Of a stretch of 64,000 nt of DNA, positions 1 to 10,958 are shown piece by piece. The translations under genes were made by a program, and so were the position numbers. Below the pieces are notes generated by a model. It was not told the origin of the DNA and searched no databases. It was given only the letters and a program-made list of their open reading frames with translations. The DNA is from Nemertoderma westbladi (taxonomy: Eukaryota > Animalia > Xenacoelomorpha). Where the stretch lies: positions 14,143 through 78,142 of the forward strand of contig JAUCBJ010007816.1 of the NCBI GenBank assembly GCA_032718475.1. The letters are read 5' to 3'. How positions within the stretch are numbered: the stretch's first letter is position 1; every line of letters begins with the position of its first letter.

Positions 1-39
1 GCTATAAAATGTTGTACAAATACCGGGGGGGGGGGTCAT

Positions 40-72
<33 letters not shown>

Positions 73-1294
73 TCTAAAATCTACAAATATTTACGAAAAC
101 GTCTGATTTTTTGTTTGTACGTAGGTATCACTTGTCTGGATCCGACCAAAAAAAAATTTTCGAAAAAATGTACTGGGGTGGTTATATTGCAGCACCAAAT
201 TTACAAGTAGTGCACAATTTTTCACAAAATTTGAAAGTTACATTTTCGGCTAATTATTTTTCAATACAGGTTTTCTGGGGTGCAAACTACATTGGAAAAT
301 ATTTAAAAATGATATGATTACTATAAATGGTTGTTTAGTCATCTCTGCGTAGGAAAAAAATAAAAAAAACAAGTAACCAGGACTTTTTAGTTAGAACACA
401 AAATTTTTAATTCACTTTTCGAGGGCGCTGATTCTAATGGAATACATTTCTAATATGCCAAATCATTGCTACTTGTATTTTTCGGCGTAATTTGACAAAT
501 TTTGGTGCTAGCACCAAATTTCGTACCCATCACCAAAAAGTAAAAGTTTGCGATGTCAGTGCTGTTTTTATTGATTCCATCGGATTCAGGACCCTCATAA
601 ACCCGTATAACGCAAGAAACAAGGTGATACTATCTACTTATCAATTTGCATATTTTCCAAAATTTGGTGCTGGCACAACAATTTTCACCCACCGGCGAAA
701 AATACAAGTTTGAGAACTTTTATGAAATTTTTACTGATTCCATTGATTTCAGAACCATCACAAACCCGTATAACGCAAGAAACAAGGTGACACAATCAAT
801 TGATATATTTGATGGTTTCAAAATTTGGTGCTAGCACCAATTTTGCACCCACATCCGAAAAATACAAGTTTGAGATGTCTAGTTCGATAATTATATTTTC
901 CATTGAATTCAGAACAGCCATAAACCTCTAAAACGCAAGAAATAAATTGTCACAAGCAATTTTATCTATTGAATGGATTTTCAAATTTCGTGCTAGCACC
1001 AAAATTTGCACACAGCACCGAAAAATGCAAGTTTGGTGCAACTCGTATATATTTCATCGAATCCAGAACCTCCAAAAAAACCCCAATTGCGTAAAAAACA
1101 AGTTTCAAACAATCAATTTACAAATTTGATTTATTTCAAAATTTGGTGCTGGCACTAAAATTTGGCACCCATCGAACAAAACAAGTTTGAAATTTCTAAA
1201 TCAATTTATATGAATTCCATCCAATTTCTAACACCAAAAAACCGGTGTAAATCAAAAGTAGAGAAGTTACAATTCATATTTAATGAAATGTAAT
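1..1294. mobile_element. Left part of a non-autonomous DNA transposon (piggyBac-like), target of LTR element A; continues at 34897-35128
   Basis: The G-run/TCATATTAA/C-run motif at ~25-72 recurs at ~35080-35113. AT-rich, non-coding. TSD GTAAT links both sides of A. Confidence 0.5.
497..1250. repeat. About five diverged ~160-bp tandem repeats
   Basis: Palindromic core AAATTTGGTGCTAGCACCAAATTT-like at ~498, 660, 821, 984 and 1139, each followed by related AAATACAAGTTTGAG / AACGCAAGAAA segments. Confidence 0.75.
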
Positions 1295-2685
1295 TGAAGC
1301 GAAGAGACGTACCTGATATCCTGCAATATCCTACTGTAAAGTTTGTGAATCAAAACATAATCCGACCTTCTCACCAAAACAGTAAACTCTAAGTAAGCGA
1401 ATCTATTGCAGTATCGGTCTCTTATAACCGGTGAGGCAGAAGACAGTCTACGAACGGACAAACTTCGATAAAACAAAATCCCGCGCAGCGAATCCTAAAA
1501 TCGGGCTGACTCACTGACGGACTAAGGGCGCTCGTATACTTTGCCGCGGTGTGATTTATATGTGGGTGAGAGATAGAGGCGCTAGCTAGATGTCTAACTA
1601 GCGGGCAAAGTGCAGTACGGACAAAATTTTTTTATATATTTTGAGGTGTAAATAATTCCTAACGCGCGTGTGTCTTGATTCTAACAGTCAAAATCAGTTT
1701 TAGATCCTTCATATATATAATTACTAGGTCCGGTGTGCATTTTACAAATATTCTAATTTTATAGCTTGTAGGTCCAATACTCACGAATGATAAGGCTCCT
1801 TCCCCTTTTGTGTATTTCCAGGACTCAAATTCAGGCATAAGGTTAATACTACGCCCGGAATTCGGCAATTTAATTTTCCAGGTCCCTAATACTAAGAAGA
1901 AATGTGTTAGTTTACTACAGTAGGCATACAGTTACAAAATAGCTAGCCTGGCGTTCTATCTAGAATTTTGGTTGCCTAGGTGGGCACGGCAACTCCCTAT
2001 CAGAATGTCGGCGGGGACACGGTAGATGTTAGTATCCCTAATAGCCTCAATTTATATGCGCCTAGCAGTAAACTGCCCTACCGTCTGAACGGTACAATCC
2101 CAATTCAGGTAAAAACACAGTAACCCTTCCTGGCCTACAAGTTCTAATGCAAATGGACACCGTTGTACTACAAACAGCCACCGACGCACCTATACCTGGC
2201 AAATGAGTTAGGCGTACAGCTTGCTGCACCCTACTAATGTGTATGCCTTGTACTGGTGTGCCTGTGTCCTATCTGTGTACTAGTATCTCTCTGCCTGATC
2301 TCTTCCTCCCCCATAGGAATATGAAGGTCTAATGCGGGTTTTTCTGAATTGAGACAGTACAGTCCCTAAATGTAATTTTAGCGCACAGCGTGTCAGTACC
2401 TCTACCTTCGATCTTAGGTCTTTCGCTTAGGTAGCAAGGCATCGAACGCTGTCTAACCTTTCAGGCGATGGGCGAATACCGATGTTCCCGTCTATTGCCG
2501 CTATCCGATGTCTAGCCTGCCATCTGTCTCTCAGTTGTGTTCACCGTGGTGAAACATAGTAAAAGCAGATGTAACAAATACTTTCTAACTTTATTACAAA
2601 CAAATGATAACTAATATACAATAAATGTAACAAGAAGATTAAGTAAGATAGAATAAGAAGAAGATAACTAATGAACAAAATCGCA

Positions 2686-2693
2686 CCTTTTAT
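2686..2693 (-). promoter_or_regulatory. Candidate TATA box of LTR A
   Basis: TATAAAAG in sense, an Inr-like TCATTAGTT ~20-25 nt downstream, AATAAA at 2590-2595. Confidence 0.4.
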
Positions 2694-2898
2694 AGCAAAT
2701 TTGTGCTGCTAACAATCTAGATAAATCTCGATTGTTCTATGAGTTCTACTAGGTTTTTAAAGATAATCATTGGTCCAGCAAACACGTATCTTGCACGACA
2801 TTGGTTGCTATCTAATAACTGCAATCGCATTGGTTAATCTACCTTAAGCAGATACAATTAATTTGTAGCGGTTAATTCAAATGAGTTGAAACTTAGCA

Positions 2899-2983
2899 CA
2901 AAAAATAATTCACACTTGCTAGGATTCGAACTCGATACCTACTACACGAATTTCTAACGCTTAACTGACTGAGCTACTGAACC
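2899..2983 (-). ncRNA. tRNA-like / Pol III cassette inside LTR A
   Basis: Sense strand: A-box TAGCTCAGTCAGTTAAGC (TAGCTCAGTTGGTTAAGC in the other LTR), B-box GAGTTCGAATCC, then TTTTTT. Cloverleaf incomplete. Confidence 0.5.
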
Positions 2984-4023
2984 ACTTGAATAATCGTTGT
3001 ACAAATAGATATAGTAAATACAAATGAGGACTTAATGTAATCTTTATAGCAAATTAATTCGAACAAAATAAAATTTTGAAAATCCACGGCTTTATGAGGA
3101 TATAATTCTATACCGCTCCATGAAAACAGGATATTATCGTGCATAAAATATACGGTTTTCACCAATACTAAATCAAATTATGGAGTACTTGGGGCGTACT
3201 TACATATTTACAAATTAAATCTCAACAATAATACCTTTACATAATAATTCAATACAAATAATTACAAATTCAAACTTTACGTATTTAAGGCTTTATTAAG
3301 TAAGTACAATATAAATCTAAATTAAATTCACCAATATAAATCTATTGCATCTCAAATATTGCATAAATTCAAACAATCACAAATACAAATGCTACCTTTA
3401 TATAAAATAAATTGCATAAGTTCGGAATAATTTCAAATGAAATCACAAGGAAGGCTCACAAGTCTTCCGTCTGCTCTTGCCTTTTATTTACTGCGAATAC
3501 AAATACTGCTTCTTTATAAAATATAAATTGCATAATATCCGAAACAATAAATTGCGTAAGTTTGGAATGACTACAAATATAACACTTTCTAAATATAAAT
3601 CTTTCTAAATTATAAATCTTTCAGAATATAAATCTTTCAAATATAAATTGCATAAGTTTGGAACAATACAAACTCGCATAAATTGAAACAATATAAACTT
3701 GCATAAGTTGAATAATCACAAATATAAATATACGCTTTCAAAATATAAATTCTTTCAGAATATAACGCTTTCTAAATACAAAACTTCTAAATACAAAATA
3801 TATAAATCAAATAAATCACAAGAAAGGCTCACGTGTCTTCCATCCACCCTTGCCTTCCAGTTTAGCGTTTTGTAGATTGAGCACGCCCGCGTCCTCGAAA
3901 ACTGCGTATAGGCGACTTGGCTCGTACTGCAGGGCTTATGGGGCGAGTCACTGGTTTACCTTGGACGTTGGGAGACGGTGCGACCATTTCCTCACAAGCT
4001 CGCCTTCTAGTAATTCCAAATCC

Positions 4024-5482
4024 TCATCCAACTCCTCGTGACCGATTAGTTGTATCCATCGTTGGCAAAACGTCTGGGAACGCGCGGGAAGCGGACGACG
4101 CAGACCCAAGAGAAACTTGTGCCCCCCTTTGATCAACTGGTATGTGTCCTAGTCCTCCTTGCGGTTCTCTGGGAAGTGATACCGTATCTCGAGTAACTCG
4201 AATAGTCGGTTCATATCCCCTTCGTTCTTCAACATTTATAGTTTTCTTTAGTTGTTGGCTCACTTTCTGAACCCTTATAATCCTATTCTGTCCGTCCTCC
4301 CGAGGGTGACGTGCAGACGGCGCAACCGGAGTAGCTGGTATGTTGGTCGCCTCTAGGATCTCCTCTTCCTTGAATACGCTCGCTCGTATACGTTTGTGAT
4401 AGAAGGCGGCTCGGTACGCCCATGCGATGGTTAACCAAGATCCCTTATATCGCTTTTCCGTTCGGAAACGATCAAATTCACCATATGTGATACGATTAAA
4501 CATTTTGGGCAAAGTTTATACTTTCGAAAATTTCCGGTGTCATCTCCTTAGCTGAAGTTTGATCGTGTGACGTCCAATGGTAAGGTAGGCTCGCGAGTCT
4601 TCCGCCCCATTCTTCCATCTCACCTTTCACGAAAGCCTTATAGGCTCTGTATAGGCTAAGAGCTTCTTTCTTTTCGCGGGTTGACTGAGTCACCTCTTCC
4701 AGCGTAAGTTCAAATGCATCGGGTTCAACAATCTTAGGTGGGCAAACGACAATTTCTCCCGCCTTTGGTCCACACATAGCAAATGAATGATACGGATTCG
4801 ATAAAGGATACCCTCCTTCCTGGTAGCGTAGTTGTTGATGGTTCGAACACCTTGCCAATATCGGTTCGGGATTTTCCTTATTCAAACGCATCGGAATCGC
4901 CTTTTGTTGTTCGCGCATACAAGCACCACATTGATAATAAAGTTTGTAAACTGAAAAGGCTTCCTTCGTTTCTCTATCATCTCCTCGAGTTCGTCTGTAA
5001 AGATGCATTCCATCGAATTCATCACGTACCGCAGGCATAGGTTCATGTGCCTTCAGGTATTGCATGGTATGATACAAACGACTAATTTCGGTATTGGGGT
5101 CTTCACTGATATCTCCCGTATCACATAAAGCATCGTACGGATAAAGTTCATTGAAGGTTTTGCGCAAACTTTCGATTCTTTGGTTTAGAGCGTTCTGCCT
5201 CCTCTTTAACACCGTCGAGTCATATTTAGTTTTAGCAAGTTTTGCTGTACTTTCTGATAAATCCTTTATTCCGAATATGGTATAATCCTTTGCACCAAAT
5301 CTTTCGAATGGCGCTGCTGCTTCCTCTTGGATATCATATCCCCATCTCGGCTCTCCATGTATCCCTTTCGCCATTATTGGAAGTATGGTTACATAATCAT
5401 TACTACTAGAGGGAATACAACAGAGTTTATTGTTAGTAATGAGGAGATGTGAGAGTTTTCGTCTGCCCTTTTGGCTCGACAA
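4024..5482 (-). pseudogene. Accessory ORF of A downstream of pol (two overlapping frames, 4496-5482 and 4024-4512); Cys/His motifs and a C-terminal block shared with the C accessory protein
   Basis: CGAC...HSFAMC motif. RITYGEF..RYKGSW..YRAAF aligns by eye with RITKGVF..RARGDW..YRNEF of ORF 61092-63926. Confidence 0.7.
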
Positions 5483-6038
5483 CGCTCTAACCTCCTACCC
5501 ATAGCCTAAGATCTAGGGTTTCTTTAATGACACGCTGTTTCTTATCTAAAATTTTTGCCGAAATAAAAACGAATTTGGGCTAAACTGGCTGTGAATCTAA
5601 AATTCTCACTTTTTGATCCCAAACTATTATCAGAAAATAAGCAATCGAGAGTTAGTAATAAATATAGGGAAGTCTATTTGTTGACGTAACTTTTGAAACA
5701 AGACCGTGTAAAATTTAATTAAAATTTAAGAAAGGCTCGCGAGTCTTCCATTCTCTTGTTTCTCTAATTTTAAGTCCCACCCGACTGTACCCTGAAATCT
5801 ATTCACTGGAGAAAATTTTTTTAAAAATTTTTCAAATCCAAATGGATTGTCTAAAATTTCGAAAATGTCTCAATATTGTGAGTTCCAAGTAGAATTCCAT
5901 TTCTTATACCTACAAATCCCGCTCCTATGTGACACATAAGGGTACTACCCTCAATGTTCACATATAAAGACAATGGAATTCTACCGCTGTCTTTACTACA
6001 GTGTACAGGTACGTGGAAATCTATTTGTAAACTCCTTA

Positions 6039-9000
6039 CTATTTACTAACATTAGTTGGAGACTTGTAATCTCCAGACTCGTTTCGAGTCTCTTCAAGAA
6101 GTACGAGACGTTGAGTCGGTCTGTCTACTGTACGACCGTCAATTGTCCGTACCGTCACAGTTCTTGTCACTCCATCCATAGATGGATGTGTGTCTAAAAT
6201 AACACCTGTTATCCAGAAGCGTCTTTTTAAATTCACTTCTGCCAACAGCACGTGATCTCCTGGCTTTAAAGCGCGAGTATTGTTGTACCAAGTAGTTCTG
6301 GCAGAAATAGAGGGCAAATAATGATTTTGCCATATTTCCCAGAATTGTTAGCCAGTAGTTGCGTGATTTTCCACGCTTTTCTACCATAGCTATCGCTTTC
6401 TATTGGAATAGAAATAGGCATTAATGAAGTCGGATTAGCAGGTGTGCCGGTGTTAAAGCAAACTGGGATTGTTTGTCATCGGGTACTAATACTATTGGTC
6501 TAGTATTTAGTATTGCCTCGATTTCAACAAACAATGTGGTCAGTTTGTCGTCTGTCAAGATGTGGTTTACTGGAATTACTTTTGCCATGCATGGCTGTTT
6601 TTATAGATCTAATCAATCTCTCCCAGACTCCGCCTCTCCATGGACTATCTGGAGGATTAAACTTCCAAACAATCTTGTAAGGACGTAGTTCATTTGAGAT
6701 TTGATCATGATCTAATTTCTTAAAGGCTCTAGCAATTTCATTTCGAGCACCAACAAAGTTTGTACCTTGGTCTGAGTACAAGCATTTTACTAGTCCGCGT
6801 CTAGCGATAAATCGCCGCAATGCTAGTATAAAAAAAGCGTTGGTGGAAAGATCCATCACTCGTTCAATATGAACTGCCCTACTGGACATGCATGTGAAAA
6901 TCAGTCCCCAGCGTTTTACTAGTATACGTCCACGTTTCGTATGTATGGGACCAAAGCAGTCAATTCCAGTCTCTGTGAAAGGTGGTCTGAATGCCTGTAG
7001 TCGTGCTTGTGGAAGTTCACTCATTTCTTGGGTACTTATTCTAGAATGTACCTTTTTACAAATAATACACATGCGCGTCACCGAACTTAGCGCTTTACTG
7101 GGTCTAATTAATACAAATCTTGTACGTAAGTAGGAAAGACAGTGGTGTCTTCCAGCGTGTTTCAGATGTAAATGTGCGTCCAGTATCATTGCACATTGTA
7201 ATTCGTGATGTTGCGGTATTATTATTGTGTACCTAAAATCAGTATTAAAGTCGATGTTTTGAAGCCGAGATTTATGACAAATTAAGCCATTATAAATTAT
7301 CGGACTCCAACTCAATATTGGTGACGACTTGATTGGTTGACCTTGACTTATGGATGTGAATTCGTGTGCGAAATATCGCAATTGGTAATGGCGAATTAAT
7401 TTAATTTCACATCTGTCAATCTCAGTCAATGTTAGTCGACGTGTAAAGTCGCGTTTGCCTTTAACGTATTGTACAAAACATATAATCCACGCTAATTTTC
7501 GGCACGCGTTTGTCCAAGAATCTGTCAGATTTACAATACGGTCGACGTAAGTATTTATGACGTCATCAGGTAAGTCAATGATGAATTTTGAAGGTTTTGT
7601 TTTACTAGATGGGCCCACGGGTCCGCCGGTAAGTATTCCCTTGTTGACTGTTGATCCGTCCGGGTCTACGAGTAATTTGTCCTTCTTCGTCTTCTTACCT
7701 TGATTATCAGTACTTTGTGAGTCGATTCCTAATGGTGGTTTTAACTCTATGGGGTCACTGGGTTTCGGTAAATTTATTTTTCTGCCGATATTTATCCCAG
7801 GTCTCACCGTAGGTTGTAAGGTTGGTATGTCTCCTGAGCGTAAAGTAACACCTGTATTTACATTTGCGTAGGTACTACCCACATCTGTAATACATGAGGT
7901 TTCACTGTACTTATGGTTACTCAAGAGTGTCAAATTTGGTATTTTGTCAATAGAAGGCCGCTCCAATAGGGAAACTGCGGCTTTACTATGTGTCACTACA
8001 TTACTAATGTCTGGTAGAACATCTTGTGAAATGTCTGGTAAAATGTTTCGCGGAACATCTGGCGAAACATCTAGTGACATGTCTGGCAAAATGTCTGGTT
8101 GAGCGTCTGGTAACGTGTCTGGTTTATCGTCTGGTAACATGTCTGGTTGACCGTCTGGCGATACGTCTGGTTGAGAAAGGCTCGCAAGTCTTCCTGTCTT
8201 AACTTTGTAAGTTATGTTTTTCCATTTCGCCTTTGGTTTCTTCTTAAGTTTCGCCGTTGTCTTTTTCTTTGCTTTACCTTTCTTTGGTTTTTTAATTTCG
8301 GCGTCCTTAGGAATAGTGTTAGACTTGTTATCGTATAGTGGCGGCCAATGTTGCGTTGCTCTTTGTAAGAATTGTGGTCCGTGTTGCCAAAATTCCTTGT
8401 TTTCCGGTTTACAGAATTCCTCGGGCATCATTCCTCGCGACGCAATATCAGCTGGGTTTTGTGGTCCGGGACAATGTCGCCAATCTTCTTTTATTGAACG
8501 GTCTAGAATTTCTGCACGACGGTTGGCTACAAATGTCTTAAATTCAAGTGTGTCGTTGTTTATATAAAATAAAACTAACGTCGCGTCAGTCCAATAAAAT
8601 ATCTGTAAACTTGACTGTAGTTCAGTCTGTATAAGGTTTACAATTGTCGTTGACAGAGTTGCGGCTTGTAGCTCAGCGCGTGGTGTCGTCATGTACTTAG
8701 TAGGCTTGGAAGTAATGAGCGAAACATCAAACTCATCTGAGTCTACTTGTCTGCGCAAATACGCTGTCACTCCAAAGCCGTTGTCACTGGCGTCGGAAAA
8801 ACAATGTAATTCTAAGTTGTCAGGAAATGTCGTCTGTAATGGAAAATATACCCGGGGTATGGAATAATCTTCTAGTGAAGACAATTGCGATTCCCAAGTT
8901 TTCCATAAGTCTACTTGTTCGAATGAGATCGGTTCGTCCCATGTCAGTCCATCTTTCCAAATACTGCGCATGTATATTCTTGCTTGCAGTATTATTGGGC

Positions 9001-9778
9001 TGATAAAACCTAATGGATCGAACAGTCTACTTAGTTTTGACAAGCAAGACCTCTTTGTCAGAGAATCTCCTTGAGCGTCCAGTCTTACCTTCACTCGAAA
9101 GTTGTCTGTGTTCGGATCCCAAAATAGTCCCAACACCTTGGTCGTTGGTAGTGGTTCGAATTCCAAGTCAATGTCACCACCCCCATGTTCAGTCGTTTCG
9201 AATGAATTTACTAATTCGGTACTGTTCGAAGCAAACTTGGTGAGGTTAAAACCTCCGCCTGCCAAACAGTCCCGTAATTGATGTGCTACTGTTATAGCAC
9301 GTTCTACTGTGTCGCAACTTTGTAATCCATCGTCAACGTAAAAGTGTCGTTCTACTACTTGGATTACCTCTGGGTCATACTTATGTTTCCAATCCCTAGC
9401 GGTCTGCTTTAGGGCGTACATAGTGCAATTTGGGCTGTCTCTGGCACCGAATACGCGAACTTGCATTTGGTAAGTCGCCGGTGGTTGACTTAAGTCCCCA
9501 TCCGGGTACCAGAGGAACCTCAAACTGTCTCTGTCTCGCTCTAACGCTCGCACCTGGTGAAACATGGCTTCGACGTCGCAAGTAAATGCTACTTGGCGTT
9601 GACGGAAGCGCATAATCACCCCCATGAGATAATTATTCATGTTTGGTCCATCCATCAACTCCGTATTGAGAGACATTCCCTCAAACAGAGCCACGCAGTC
9701 GTTTACTACACGTACCTTGTCTGGTTTGTCGGGGTGTCTCACGTAGTGATGTGGCAAATAGTATGTCTGGTCTGTCAC
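6039..9778 (-). pseudogene. pol: pol of A, 3' part: RT, RNase H (Pao type), integrase, frameshifted C-terminal domain
   Basis: YYLPHH..KVRVVND, FYVDD, HCFSDAS, PRAELQAA, YWTDA, NPADIASRG, GIDCFGP, SDQGTNF, GGVWERLIRS. Confidence 0.95.
8005..8170 (-). repeat. 24-bp tandem repeats (PD-rich) in the RNase H-integrase linker of A
   Basis: Repeated ATGTCTGG / PDxxPDxL units. Confidence 0.75.
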
Positions 9779-10958
9779 ACGCTTTCGTCCTTCTGGGCTC
9801 CTCCCCGAGGCGCACCCACAAGGCGGACGTGTTTCCACCACCCTGGGGGCCGGTGACAAACCAAACCAGGCCGCAGGGTGGCCCGATGCTTCCCGGGTTC
9901 TGTTTTCGGTCCCCCGATCACACCAGCACAGCTCGTCGAACGTGTAGCCAGATGGGCGGCTACTGTCAACTTACTGTGGCCTGACTGTACATTGAGCCAA
10001 CTCAAAGTATAACAAAGAGTCAACCCGCAGGTGGACCAGTCGATAGCGATCGAGCACCAAGGTCGCCCTTGGGCCTAACCGACGGTCTTGTCCCAAGCGG
10101 GCTTGCGCTACCCAACATGGAATTTTGACTCGTTTTCACCTGCCTCACCGGCAGTATTGAGGGGAAATAAGTTCCGCAAACAATACTGACTAGCTCGAAA
10201 GCTAGAAACAAGTAACCACTTACCAGTCACTGTACACGTGTACTCAACAGATGTTCACGAAATCAAGTACACAAACGGTAAGCACAAAATCGAACACATA
10301 CCATGCACACACAGAAGACATAATCGGGAAAGACAAAATCGGTGTCAAAATCGAGAAAGACAAAATCGGAGGGGACAAAATTGTATCAACTCATAAAGAG
10401 TCGAGAGTACCTTATTTTGCTGTCAGGGCAAAATAACTTTGTGTGCACAAAGTATGCTGGGGCGCAGTAAAGTATGGTCCTACTAATACCAGCGGCGTCT
10501 GGACCAACTGGCAAGGGTTCCCATACTCACTCGCAGTGGCCACACATACAATCACGTGTACTCACGTACCCACAGCAACAGAAAACTCAAGACCCGAACA
10601 AATCCCAAAGACCAATCAGCTGACATGGAGACAATAACATATAGTATCAAAAAAACGGAACAGCTGATGGCCAAAGGAACCCATCCAAGCCCCAAGCAAA
10701 CTGCCACTGATCGCCCACATACAAAACATAGTTCACGCCACATGAGCCACAAATCACGCCATTGCACCACCCCTACTGTGTACAGGACTGGCAGTACGGC
10801 AACAGGCCGACTAGACGGTACCACGGCACCATGGCAATTCATGGTTCGTTAGACACGAGGGCCTTCAGTGACTCCCTATCACTATATTACCAGATTTAAT
10901 GTGCCCCCAGACCCTCACGAGTCCGCCGCCGCCTGTTAGAGACACCCCTATAGAGACC
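9779..10958. mobile_element. 1180-bp unclassified insertion in RT of A, flanked by a 4-bp direct repeat TCAC
   Basis: Removing the insert and one TCAC restores in-frame PEIPKEVTDQTYYLPHH (B has EDPDLVTDQTYYLPHH). No TIR or TG..CA ends. Confidence 0.85.

Larger units (their letters stand above)
1295..3112 (-). repeat. 3' LTR of element A (1818 bp, termini TA...CA in element sense)
   Basis: Near-identical to 16572-16992 + 31285-32542 + 34711-34891. Preceded in sense by PPT-like TGGAGCGG (3113-3120). Confidence 0.95.

Noticed and set aside
25-73. Long G/C homopolymers (also 38905, 42430, 46071)
   Set aside because: Part of DNA-transposon ends or slippage tracts; lengths may be sequencing artefacts.
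9781-9812. Hammerhead-like GAGCCCAGAAGGACGAAA on the minus strand
   Set aside because: The CUGAUGA core is missing and the stems are not convincing.
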